DNA of 43,551 bases, counting the filler, from Jimgerdemannia flammicorona (Eukaryota), in assembly GCA_003990765.1 (NCBI GenBank). It is 2 parts of 2 records of this genome, joined end to end, with 100 filler letters (N's around TTAATTAATTAA, not from the genome) between each part and the next. Parts side by side here need not be neighbours in the genome. Positions count along the whole stretch, not along the records: positions 1 to 21,735 come from RBNJ01001404.1; 1 more part is not named here. The stretch is one strand, 5' to 3'. Below the pieces are notes generated by a model. It was not told where the DNA came from, searched no databases, and saw only the letters and a program-made list of their open reading frames with translations. Positions 1 to 12,906 of this stretch are shown one piece after another; the stretch's first letter is position 1; each line of letters begins with the position of its first letter. The position numbers were made by a program, and so were the translations under genes.

Positions 1-1242
1 AAAAAAAAAAAAAAAAAAGACATCTGATGCATACGCCCTCAAATCCCAACTGCCTTTGTGCTGTCGAACGAGTTTCTTTCCTGTTTTGAATTTTGATACG
101 ATCCTTGGCTTTCTTGGTCAGACTTTTTGCGTTTGACCCCCCAGATACAAAGATATCGTATATACTACAAGGGACCGCAAGACCGACACAGACCAGACTG
201 CCGGCAAAGAGAGCTTGAGGAGCACTACTGAAAATGATCTGTCAGATTACCGATGACAGTTATTCTCAAAAATTAACCAAAATTTCAAGCTAACGGGCAA
301 GATACGAACGATTAATTTTTGCAACATTAATACCACGGTAAAAATGTGGCCGAAGCAATGGTTTTATTCATACTATTAACCCCAAGTCACATTTTGGTTT
401 TGGCACTCTCATATACACTGAATAAAAGGTTTCAGATTCGCTCGGCAAGATTGGGAATAATCGTTCAGCGACTCGGATTTCGGCTGTTAAAATGTCTCGC
501 AAGATCTGTCTAATGGTTGGGTAGCTTCGTTCTTCAGCCAAATCCTATTCGCCAAGCAGTACTCATTATACGCTGAGAACCTCGGTGGATTAAAATCAAA
601 TTACTTACCTTCCAGTCAATTGGCACATCGTAGTGGCCATCATTCTCTACTACTTCCTCGGAGTGGCGAATCATCGTCGCATGTTCGTGCAGTGAAGGAT
701 GCCGAGGTCTCTGTGTATTGAGATGACTTGGGTTTCTTGGGAGGGCTGTTGTACGAACTCAAGAGATGTGGAAGTGGGATCCAAAACCTACGAGCCCGTT
801 GTGCGCTACCATCATTTCACAGTTTGGTAACAAGGGAAAGAAAACTTAGCTTCACAATGGTAGGCAACTACGCTCGAAAAGCTGACCTAAAAAAGAAAAT
901 AAAAAAACCAGTCTTCCAATCGTAGACAGAAACCAGAAAATGGCAAGTAACCCTACCCGCTTTATCTCCGTATCTTCGCATTGATGCACCGCCACATCGT
1001 CAGACTTCGTGGTAAGGAACGAGAAATACGGCGGGAAAAAAAAAAAAAAAAACGGTGCCAGGGATGTGAAGAGATTCGTTACGCACACCCCGCGGCGGAT
1101 TGAAATGGTACCAAGGGGTACATTTTTTTTCTGTCGCCAGCCGCAAAACGAATCACGCATAATAAACCAAACCACTGGGAACAAATGCGATTTCCACCCA
1201 GACGTTACCTATAGAATTTCTTCCACCTCCTCCCATCACCAG

Positions 1243-2519
1243 TGGCAACTTCGCCAAAGCTACCACTGCCATCAACGGTGCCCTGACGAGCACGAAAATA
1301 CAGCAGCGCATCGCCGACTCCGTCGAGATCTTCTACAACGACACTGCCCCCTGACGGGCCAATCGGTCTCTGCCGTCGAGTGGCTTCAGGATATATTCAG
1401 CCTTGACCTATCGCTTGTGCCCCGCCTGGGTGCCACTCCAATTCGCACACTCGCCGTGGCAAGGAGAAGTTTCCCGGCATGACGATCGCGTACGCGCTCA
1501 TGGAGGCGTTGGAGGAGATGGCTGAGAAGCACCTCGACCACATCAAGATCATCAAGAAAGCTGAGGTCATCAATCTCATCTAGGACGTGAACAAAGATGT
1601 CGTGGGAGTCGAGTGGATTGTCACAGGAAAGCCAGATGTGTTCAAGGAGGCCGGGCCTATTGTATTGGCTGCTGGTGGGTATGCCGTGGATTTCACCGAG
1701 CAGTCGTTGCTAAAGAGGCATAGCACTGAGCCGTGGAACCTGTATGTATACGTTCTCCCGTTTAGCAACACCTATTTTATTATTTTATTTTTTGAGCTTG
1801 TCCCGCACACAAACATCGTCCAATCAACTCTCTTCTTCCAACTACTTTCAACCCTCCCTCCACTACCAATAGTAATCACTACACATACGACGGCATTAAA
1901 GGTATCAAAATGTCCGCCACGATCGGGGCCAAGACGATCGACCTCGAGAAAGTCCAGGTTTACCCCACTGGGCTCGTTGACCCGAAGGAGCCCGACCGCG
2001 GCGTGGATGGTCTTCTTCTCCAAGAGGACAGCGACCGGTTCTGCGACGAACTCGGGCACCACGACTACAAGTTCCCATCCGCCTCGTGCCGCCTCCGGCA
2101 AGATTGAGTGGCACTGCAAGCATTACACTGGTAGGGGACTGACGAGGAGATTCGAGATGTGGAGGACCTCGCGAAGGAGATGGGAATTGGCTTGAAAAGA
2201 CGTCTGCGGAAACAGGTCGAATCCCTGGGGAAAGAATTTTCCAGAACGTCTCCGACGACTTTTATGTTGCGTTGATGCAGCCCGTGTTGCACTATACTAT
2301 GGTACTTTCTTTAAATAAAGTGTTTTGCCTTTACTTTATATTTCTTTCTCGACTACCACATTCCTTAACCCAGCCCACCCTCTACTTCAATAGGGTGGCG
2401 TTGAATCACCCCCGACCCCGAGATTAACTCAACTTCCGGCAAGCTTACCCCCGGCCTTTTCGCTGCCGGTCTCTTCGCTGCAGGTTAGATGTGCGGCGGC
2501 GTGCCGTCTTGGTGGCTCT
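1243..2519 (+). pseudogene. OSM1: Soluble fumarate reductase (FRD1/OSM1-like flavoprotein) pseudogene fragment
   Basis: Family motifs recovered across frames: GNFAKATTAINGA, AVEWLQDIFSLDLSLVPRLG, HRGKEKFPGMTIAYALME, GPIVLAAGGYAVDF, GIKMSATIGAKTIDLEKVQVYPTGLVDPKEPD, PVLHYTMGG, PGLFAAG, GGV..RLGGS. It has frameshifts, in-frame stops (TAG at 1580 and 2486) and short deletions of conserved segments. Intron remnants are present (GTATGT at 1742; GTACTT...TAG at about 2302-2392). The N-terminal GxGxxG exon is absent and the 3' end is cut by a LINE poly(A) tail. Confidence 0.9.
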
Positions 2520-5500
2520 TTTTTTTTTTTTTTTATAGTCTCCCTCATTTATTCCCCTTCTATGTTCTCATCATACCAAATAGCCCCATCCCCCAACCCC
2601 ACAGGGGGTCCCCCCCCCTCCCACCCAGCCACCCTGACCCTCCTCTCACTCTGCATACAAATTGTCTCCACAAGTCCACAATGAAGACCCCCTCAGGGTC
2701 CTCACCCCTGCTACTACCCATTCAGAAGCTCCAATACCAATCACTCTCACTTTGCTACTCATACCCCAAGCACTAACTTCTGACTATCCTCAAACACATA
2801 TAGCTAATGTCCAGCAAGCCTAATCCAAACAGCTAGAGCCCACCATCAACTACTTATTATCTACCTCTCTCACCAGTTGTATCTGAAGGGCAGCTCACCA
2901 CCCCTCTGTCTCCTACTCAGGCAGATATACTTCAAGCTGGTCTTTAATTATCTTCCAAAAGTTCCCCAAGATCTCATACTCTCTCAGCTAATATTCTGGA
3001 GTCTGTATCACACCTCTCTTCTACTTAATATTATAGTACTCTTTGTAATCAAAGTCACTCTCTTCTATCAGATATTCTGACTGAAAGTTCAATATTACAT
3101 TTCTCTGCAGAAGTCTCTACTACACTATCCAGAACTTGGACAGAAGCTATCATATCACTATCTTACTCTATAACTAGATACTAGCCCAGTTCTAGCTTTT
3201 ACTAATTTCTACTTCCTACTAGACCTCTAGTCAAAGATCTCACCCTTGCTCTCAAAGATACTCTATATCATTCTCAAGACTAAAATTATCCACTAAGATA
3301 CCTTCTAATAGAAGATAGTCTCACCTCTATATCTGGAATCTTTAGTTCTTCTCATCCTTCTTACTCTACTAATAGATACTAATATGATAGATCTCATCAA
3401 CTACCCTCTACCAGGAGCCTCTATACTATATCTTATAGCTCCTCTCAAGTGCTGCCAAAGAGAGTAAGTTGTCAGACTTCTTCTTAGAGAAAAACTGTAC
3501 CCCCTATACTCTTTATATAAGAGAGACTCACTCTTATCCCTTCAGCTCACTGATTTGCTTTAGCCACTATATCCTTATATAATATAAGTACTTAGTAAAG
3601 TCTACAAGATCAAGACTCTCCTGATTCACCAGTATTATCAATATCTTTCAATTAATCTGACTATATCAATTAGCTCAAATCTAAGATCTAACTATCTTTA
3701 GAAGTTTTTTCACTATCTATACTGGAAAGTCTAGATAATATCTCAGATATTATATATAGTCTAAGTAATCAATAAATGTTCAGCACTATCATCTTCTCTG
3801 CTAAGGAGATATATTGGCCACTCTAGTCTAAAAGCACTCTCTCTTACTCTGTCAGTCTCTGCTCCTATTATATATTAGATAGTAGAGAACTATATACTGA
3901 GAAATAGATCTCTAGATACTAAATTGTCTCTTCTACTAGAACAATTATTTCTATTATATTCCTACTTACTATTTCATCTTCTAGTATTAAAGTCTCACAC
4001 TTATACCAGTTAAGCTTGGCCTCTGAGCACTTTTCATATTATTCTACTATTTTCTTTAATACTACTATATCTATATATCACTGAGTCTAGTCTAACTACT
4101 ATATTATCTGTAAAGGTACCAATTTTTTAATTCATACTAAGAATATTCAACCCTCTCTATCTTATACTAGATCCTATCCAACAGAGGCTTAAGAGAGAGA
4201 GTATAGAGAATGAGTGATAGTAGATCACTATATAATATCTCTCTATTAAGGGAAAATAAAACCTCTCTATAACTATTAACCAAGATAGCTATTTAATTCT
4301 CTCCAACAGACTAACTAGTAACTATCAAAAGCTTAGTAGAATCTCAATATACTTTAGTACTCTATCTAGTCAAATTTATTGAACCTTATTATATATTTTC
4401 TCTTAGTCTAGAAATATTAGACAACTATTTACTCCAGTAGCTCTCACTTTCTCAATAATATTATAGACCTATGCTATTCTATCTTAAATTAAATAGCCAC
4501 TAATAAAGCTCCTTTATTCCTTCCCTAGTATCTGTTGAGTCATTCTCTATAGTCTAGTCATTAAAATCTTTATGACCAGTTTATAATCTACATCCAAAAG
4601 TATTATTAGTTTCCAGTTCTTTTACTTCTCTTTTCTTCTCTTATTCTTATACAATAAGATCACAAGCCCCAGCTACTATCCTCCAATTTAAGTTCCAGAG
4701 CTAATAACTTCATCACATATCTATATTATTTCCTTCAAGACCACCTCTTCATTCATCATTCTCTTCTAGAAATTCCAGAGCAAACTATCCTTCCCAGAGA
4801 CTATCTCAAGACTCATAGTTACCAATATCCAAAGAATCTCATCTTTTTGAACTAATACTCCAAGTCTGCTCAGGCTCTCTATTAGATCTAGATATCAGTC
4901 CTTCAGATATTGCTCAATAGTTAGTACATCCTCTCTATCCTCTTTCTTATTTTACAATAATCTCCAACACCTATTCAACTAGTCCAAGATATCTTGAGTC
5001 TCTATCATTAGCTCCTCTGACTCATTCAAAACTCTATCTTACTACTATCTCACTCTTCTTATCTGAAGAAGTTATGACAAAAACTTTGTACTGTTCTTTC
5101 TTCTCCAATTCCTACTATTACAGCTAGTCTGTCATACTTTTTACCTATAAGTCCTTCTTCTGTCTCAGTAGACCTTACAGTTCCTCTATCTTAAGTCTGA
5201 TATACTGAACTCTCCAATCAATCATCTTCTCATCCTCTAGTAATCTAGCCCATTTTATCAATAGCCTCTCCAATTGGCATAAGGTCTACTATATATGACC
5301 TCTCTACTAAGTATACTTCACTCTTTCAGTCTTTTTCCAGAAGTATTAAGTATTAGATTTTAACTGATATCAATAGCAAGACATGCTCCTCACTAATTAA
5401 GAACTCTAGAATTAATGTCTACTATTTAGATATTTTACAAAGAGAGCTCATTCAATAAGAAAGTATTTAGATACCAATGTCCAGACCTCTCCCTACTTTT

Positions 5501-8050
5501 TTCAAACCTTCCACAACTCAGAAGGCCCTAGTAATCAGATCATAAATACTATACTGTTACTAATAATTCTCAGACATTACTCTTTTACATAATACTCAGC
5601 AGTCAGAATCCAGTTAATCCATAATTTAAGCCCAGTTATTCAGTATATATAAATCTGATAATCTCCTCACTCTTATCAGCCTATATCCACCAGAGAGCTA
5701 AGTCTTTCAATCTTCTTCCAGCCCTTTATTTCTCTGCTTTTTTCAGATAGCTCTCTCTTATCATTAGTCCTATCTAATCTTCTATATTGAAGTCTCTATC
5801 TAGATAGTCAATCTCTATCTCTACTAGAGTATCTGAATCCTATAATCTATATATCTACTCTAAGTAGACTCTCTTTTCTACTGGACAGTAGTAAGACTCA
5901 ACAACTACTAGATCTCAGTCTGGTCTCTACTATATCCCCCACACCACTCTACCCCCCTAGTGTTTAATATCTCCAATATCTCTCTTTCTCTTTTAAACTA
6001 GAATACCCACTCTACTCTATCACACAGTCACACTCCTCTATTCTCTTGTTCAGTCCAGTATATCTAAGTCTTTATTATATTTCATATTCTATAATAAGAA
6101 TAGATTAGTATCCAGCCCCCTCAGCCAGTAGAATATATTTTAATATCATACTGCCTCTCATAATTCATTGATATTCAGAGAGAAAATCCTAGTTATACTA
6201 TTCATATTAAATAATATTTATAGAAGAATATCCTATTCTACAATTCTATACTCATCTTATTACTAGCCACATCTAAGTTCTTCTCAGCCACAAGTTCAGC
6301 CTCCTCTTCCTACTGAGCATTCAGAGCTACTAATATCTTCTGATAGTCCTCTTTATTCTGAATCTCTATGAATATCCTGTATTCCTCATACACTATCTAC
6401 TATTTTACCAATCCCTTTCTTGAATCTCACAGATAAACTATATACTTATTAGTAATCTTCAACAATACTATCTCTCTGTTCCAGTCAATCTCATACTCCC
6501 CCTTCTATAGTAGAGCTATTATCAACTCATCACACAACTTATATACTATCTCTTCACCACACATTACATCTTTCTAATACATATGCCATATTGATAACTT
6601 AGAAGTTAACTTTCTCTAACTCATCTACTATAATATTTATCAGTGTCTTCTATAACTACTTCATGTCTCTGATCATTTTTCTCCCTAAGTCCAATTCAAT
6701 TCCTAACCTCTTCTGAATACTGCTCTCACTAACTCATCTCAGTCCTCCTCTGACATATTCTGTAACTTGTCCCCTCTCCCTACTGCTGGAACTCTCTACT
6801 GGACTAGAGCTCCTTTATCTATCTCTATATCTTCAGCCACCATGCTTCATCTATAAGCTATATCTCTCTCCAAGTCTCTCTCACCCTCTCTTCTATCTAG
6901 GCACTAGCTCTCAACCCAGCACCTCAGCATTCTCTACTACTTTTAAGCTCTCTTCTAAACTTGCCAATAAATCTCTCTGTCACTGCCTTCTCTATACCTT
7001 CTCTCAAGCAGTCTGATCTAGATACACTCTCTTACCATTGATAATCTCTACTACTGTCTTAGTCTCATACTCCTTTCAAGCTAGTCAACTCCTCTCTACT
7101 GCTCTCATCAAATCCTCTAGTATCTCTAGCAAGTTCTTCTCCTCCTCAGATGACTTCTTTACTCTTGATATCTTATACTCTACTGAACTCTACTTCAGTA
7201 CTACTAGCTAATCTCTTCCTTTTTCTATATTTTTCTTTTCAGCTAGCTATATCTAGATATCGACAGAACTCTATACTCTCTCAGACCTAGAACTCAATAT
7301 CTATGATATCTTCATACTTCTTGATCACATTGATAATCAGCTTTCTAGCCTCCTTCTTCTTCACTATAGGAACATTGATAACTATTAGCTAAACTACCTA
7401 TAGGTTCTAGTATAGATATCTTACCATAAGCACTATTATATTTCTAATTACTATCACTACTAGCATCAGATTCTCTTTCTCAAATTTTACCTCAACTCTC
7501 TCAAGTCTCTTTAGAAACTTCACTGAGATCACTCCTTTTACCTTCTGAGTCAGTAGCCCCAAAACCAGCTTAGCTATAATAGCTAAGCTCTAGAAGTACA
7601 AAGTGATGATAAATTTAGATATTAATTTTTTAAGTAATGACACCACTATTAGACCTATTATACTATTAGCCAAGTCTCTAGATATCATACCACCCTTCAG
7701 TCCAGACTTTCCATCAGCTATCATATCTGAATTTTTTTTATCAGATTAGTAGTCACCCTCTTATCAGCAGTCTCTTTCTCTCCCCCAGCTATTACTCTCT
7801 CAGTCTTGTCACTACTACTATTCTGAGCAGCTCTTCTAGGCCCTATAGCTCTTACCTTCTCCTTGCCTCTCTGTAGTCAGCCATCTAAGCCTACTGATTG
7901 ATCTTCAGCCTTGATCTTATCAGCAAAACTCACTCTCTCAGTCTCTTATCTACCAGTATGTCCTCTAACTACTGTCAATCTCACATTTACCTGAATGAGA
8001 GCCCAATAGACTCCCCCTTAAGCTCTGGCTCCTCTCCATATACTGCCAGT
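2519..8050 (-). mobile_element. Near full-length L1/Tx1-like non-LTR retrotransposon (LINE), inactivated by transition hypermutation
   Basis: Poly(T) at 2519-2534 is the minus-strand poly(A) tail. Minus-strand translation gives decayed RT motifs: KNWKLIILLDVDYKLV (=NWRPITLLNVDYK, ~4575-4620), IFLD*EKIYNKV (=LDQEKAYDRV, ~4381-4415), SDLLSLILY (=GDPLSPILY, ~4200-4230) and FTDN (=FADD, ~4103-4114). APE endonuclease relics are RDFN (=GDFN, ~5787-5798), WINWI (=RIDRI, ~5608-5622) and SDY (=SDH, ~5531-5540). A C-terminal CCHC-type zinc relic lies at ~2960-3050 and an ORF1-like region at ~6300-8000. The 5' boundary is approximate. Confidence 0.9.
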
Positions 8051-9360
8051 TAAATATACTAGAGCTATCTTATATAGTATACATACTCCTCAGATTACTC
8101 ATTAATTGCTATATTACTATATATTATCTTTTTTCCAAAAAACTATATTGAAGTATTGCTAAAAGTTTATATAATTCAAATTATGTTACTGTCTTAGTAG
8201 CTTCTCTCTTCTAGGCTATATTTATTTTGAGCATATTGTTAGTATACTATCTATTCTTATACTTAGTAAATAGTATGTAAGTTGTATGAGAGATATCACT
8301 TCCCATATCTCCAGCAATAATATATATTAATATTACTATTGAGATCTCATTTAACTACCAAGAGTAGCTTTCTCATTATTGCTACTAACCAAATCTATGT
8401 AAGCTAATATATATATCCTCTATCAATATACTCATCACTACTACTAAGCCTAAGAAGAAGTAAACTAGAGAGAGTATTCTCTTATAGATATTGCTAAGTA
8501 TAATACTGAGAGTGATTTCTGAGTTAGAGTAAATGAGAGAGTATAGATATAATAAAAATCTTATCTCTGGTTTCTTTTATATACTGGAAGAGATATAAGT
8601 AATATATTTAGAAGATATTTTGCTTTTAGTAATAGTTCTGATAATTATGTATAGTAGGCTAGATGGTTTTATTACTAATATCCCCTCCTCTACAGAGAAA
8701 TCCAATATACTCTATATATTAGAAATAGTCAATAAGAATATACTCTTAGCTATCTATTATTAATATCTTTAAGTAAAATAGCTAAACATTATATATATTT
8801 TATTTGTCTTTTTTGCTTTTGTACTTATAATTAAATATAGTAGATATTCACATATACTCAATATATCTTAATAAATCAAAATAAAATAAATACTAATGAA
8901 TTATATAATAATAAATAAACTATTGAGCATTGGGAATTTTTAGATAGTATGTAATAGAGTATATATTTAGGAATACTTATTATTATATAAATAGTTATAC
9001 AAATAGATTGAAATAATTAATAAAGCTAAAAGCCAAAGTTCATTAAGCTAAGTCTAGAGAAAGATAATCTAAGCATATTATTTGTCATCAGGTTATGAGA
9101 ATCTCCTTCTGAGATATAGTTCAATGTATTGAGTTTTTCTTTTATAAGCAGTCTTTATATAACTTTTACAAAAACTCAGATTTGATCTATTAGATAATAG
9201 TTATATAATATATAATATAATATAATGAAGAACTGTTATAAAAACAGTAATCTGAATAGTCTTCAAGAGGAGTTGATCTCTAGTATACTAATAATGTTCA
9301 ACAATATTATCTAGAGCTACTGGTATATAAACTCCAACTAGTGACCCAGTATTTTTGAAG
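8051..9360. repeat. Unassigned AT-rich, CpG-free hypermutated repeat relic
   Basis: Same TpA-rich, CpG-void composition as the flanking TE relics. No decodable protein motif was found by eye. Confidence 0.45.
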
Positions 9361-10150
9361 TTTTTTTATAGTCTCTTAGACTCTTATATTTATTATTAAT
9401 CCAATTTATACCATTAAAATATACAATATTCCAATCTCTTATCCAATCTCTCTGAGAGTCCCCCTTCTCTCCCCTCTACCCTCTTATATCAAAACATTAT
9501 CTGACTATTAATAACTACAATCCTCCTACTACTTTTTATACAAATCTCCTCTATTAGACAGTAATAGCAATTACTCTGGGGATTTTACCCTCTCTATCTG
9601 CTAGATATAATATCTACTACTATCTTCTTCTACTATATCATCCTTTCCTCCAACTCTATCTATCTCTCTTTCTCAAATATAAACAGCCAATATCCAGCTA
9701 ACCTCATCTATACCACCAAAGTCTATCTAATAGTGAGTTACTCATTATTAATATATCTTATCAATTATAATTTCAAATATTCCCAATAACTCTTCTCTCT
9801 ACTCTCTTATTCCTTTACTTCCAAATAACTACTAATCTATACCCAGAAGTCTCTAAGGACATCATACTCATTCAGCTAATATTTTAGAATTTGTATAAAA
9901 TCTCCCACCTATTCTATATTATAATACTCTTTATAATTAAAATTTCTACCATCAACTAAATGATCTGAGTAAAAGGTTAATATAATATTCCTTCTCAGCA
10001 AATATCACCACACTACTTAGAACTTTAGAGAAAGCCACTACTATACCTTAGTACTCTATAACTAGATATTAGTTCAGTCTCACTCTTTGTCAATATCAAC
10101 TAACTACTAGCTAACTAGCTATAGATCCTGGCCCATTCTCTAGTACTCTT
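9361..10150 (-). mobile_element. 5'-truncated copy of a related L1/Tx1-like LINE (3' end only)
   Basis: Starts with the same (T)n-ATAGTCTC terminus as the element at 2519. The minus strand reads FNYKEYYNIE*VGDFIQILKY*LNEYDVLRDFW, homologous to FDYKEYYNIK*KRGVIQTPEY*LREYEILGNFW at ~2960-3055 (decayed C-x2-C...H-x4-C zinc motif). Confidence 0.75.
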
Positions 10151-10623
10151 GAAGTATACTATTAATTGTTAAAATATATAGCTAGTTTAGTCAGCATTCT
10201 TTTTATCTTACAATCAAGTATGGAAGATTAAATTTTAAGAATACTTATAATTATATCTGTATTATTTTTACTTAAGATATAGTTATTGATTAAGAAAAGA
10301 TAGATTACTCATCAATAAGAGCTAGAATCTACAAATAGTAGTAATATTTCAAATTTATAGATAGAGAGTATATATAATACTGAGAGTAAATTTTACACAT
10401 ATTCACAACTCAAACAAATCACCAAAGAGTACTTATAATTAATACTTATTACTCTTATATAATAACTAAATTAAAATAAATAGTATCAAAGATTATAAAG
10501 TTATTCTTATATATAATATTTATATTTGTTAATTAGCAGACTTTATATTCTTAACTTATATTACATAATTAGACTAAAGACAATATAGTAGACTTTTATA
10601 TTATTAATATACTATAGCTATAT

Positions 10624-11485
10624 TATAATATACTAGCTCAAAGAGATAAATTACAAGATTTAGATAATTATATAGATTGGTTTAAGCCCCTAGTTACTTT
10701 GTTAAAAAGTAATAAAATGTAATAAAATATTTAGTTAGATCTATAAATCTTTCTTTTAGAAAGTAGATGAGTTCTCTTGTTTGTATAATATAGATAATTT
10801 CAGTAGGTTTCTTAATAGATACAGATTTTGTATAATATGGAAAATTAGTGAATTTCTTAAATAGGTAAAGTTCATCACTCATCTGATAAATAGACCAAAA
10901 TATAATAGACTTCTCTTCTGGCTTAATCTGGTAAGTAGACCAAAATCAGCAGACTTCTTTATATTAAAAAGTAAACTAGAGTGAGAAAGAGAATAAAACT
11001 TATAATCTTCTTAATAGTGATTTTAGAGTAGATATTTCTCCTAAGTATTATAATTTTTTTCTTAAATCAAGTAGCTCTTAAAAGATATATCCTTTGAAGT
11101 ATATTATAAGTAGACTTATCTTTTTCTTTTTCTTTAACTTCTCAGACTAAGGTTTATTTACTTAAATATCTAAAGTATTTTATATAAGTATAGTTACTAT
11201 CTAATTACTATCTGAGTAATTATAAAATATATAATAAGACTAATTTAGAGAAGATATAACTACTTATTCTCTTAGAGAATAGATATTTCTTATGAAATAG
11301 ATATTTTGTATAGAATGAGTATTCTATATAGAATAAGTAGTCTTTTGGAGATTAGTATACTCTTAATTGATATATCTGATTATTTATATAAATTAGTAGT
11401 ATATATAGTAACTATATATATATAATGACTATACTAAGTATTCTTTATATATTATTTAGCTATACTATAGTATTCACATATTACA
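10624..11485 (-). repeat. 3' LTR of the gypsy-like element
   Basis: Termini T(A)TAATA...TATTACA (TG mutated to TA). Aligns with 17742-18878. Contains a minus-strand TATA-like box (~11178-11188) and an AATAAA-like signal (~11153-11160). Confidence 0.7.
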
Positions 11486-12906
11486 TTAGTCTCTACTAAA
11501 GGATAGTCTATCTTATCTTAAACTATTCTTTAGTCATCATTCTAATATTTATAAATATCTTCTATATCTATATCTATACTATCTTCTTTTTTTATATCTA
11601 AATTACTCTAAACTCTAATATTGAGATATAGTTATCTGACTCTAGTAGAGAGATCTTGAAGATAATTAATATATCTTTTTCCAGTAGAGTCTAAGGCTTC
11701 TATAAAGTTGATAGTATCTTCTACTCATCTTTAATAGATTATATATCTAATAAAAGCTAGAATATTATCTCCTAGATCATAGATCTTAAGAGTCTTTTTT
11801 TTTTTAGTCTTCTGGCTTACTCTTTTTAAATCTTAGCTCTATTATCTCTCTTCTTAAGTATATATACTATAATATCTTAGCTGAGATAGATCTTCTATAC
11901 TGGTAGATTTAGCAGTTTAGATGTTTTCTATGGTAGTAGTAACTTATTACTTTGAAGTACTATTTTCTATTATTAACTTCTCACTATCCTGAAAATTAGT
12001 AGTTATCTTTATTATAAGTAACTGAAAGACTAACTAGAGGATATACATACTTCTGTATAGATAAGTATTCTCTTCTATAAAACTATTTTATCAGTATTGT
12101 AGTTATTTCTTAAAATATAGTTGACTGTATAACTATAACTAAAGATACTATATAAATCTAAGTATCTCTATCTTTGCTATTAATCTAATTAGTAACATTG
12201 ATAGTAATAATTCTGAGAAGAGTGGAAGACTACTTGATACTGATATCTTCCTAACTAAAAGACTCTTTTTTAGTTTATTTCTTATCTTAAAATAATGACT
12301 ACTATACTTAATTCTGCTTTAGTATTCTAGAGTTTATTATCTCTATCTTTTGATAATATTCAATATAGGTCATTCTAAGAGACTAGCTCAGAGAGTTCTT
12401 CTGATTCAGAGATTTCTTCATCTACTATTTCTTATTTCCAAATTGCTTATACTTCTATAGCTTTAGTTCTGAAATCAGATGTTTTTTCATAAGTAATTAT
12501 ATTTCTTCTTTTTCTTTTTATATTCTAGATATATTATATCAAGAGAGTTCCTTATTATAATAATTTTAGAAGAGTGTTTGAAATATTTATACCTTTTGAG
12601 ATAGATGGAACATTCTTTAGCTTATTTAGTAATAGTATTAATTATAATATAGTATTTTATATCTATATATTATCTTCTTATCTATCATTTATTAGATTGA
12701 TTCATAGATGAAGCCTAGAGTTATTGTTATTTTCAGATTCTTCTTTTTTATCTGTAGTAGATTCTCTACTACTGATATACTCTTTCTAAATAATAATCTT
12801 CTTCTTTTTCTTAGATTACTTATAACTAGTTACTTTAATTTAGTACTTCTTTTCTCTATAGTCAAATTTGAGTATCTGTTGATCAATATTAATGACTATA
12901 TTCACT

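Noticed and set aside
1..19. Terminal poly(A), and poly(T) at 43523-43551, as telomeres or genes
   Set aside because: Homopolymers at contig ends, most simply retroelement tails where the assembly broke.
610..990. Possible minus-strand exons (donor AG/GTAAGT at ~609; frame ...HSEEVVENDGHYDVPIDWK)
   Set aside because: Could not build a consistent gene model or recognise a family.
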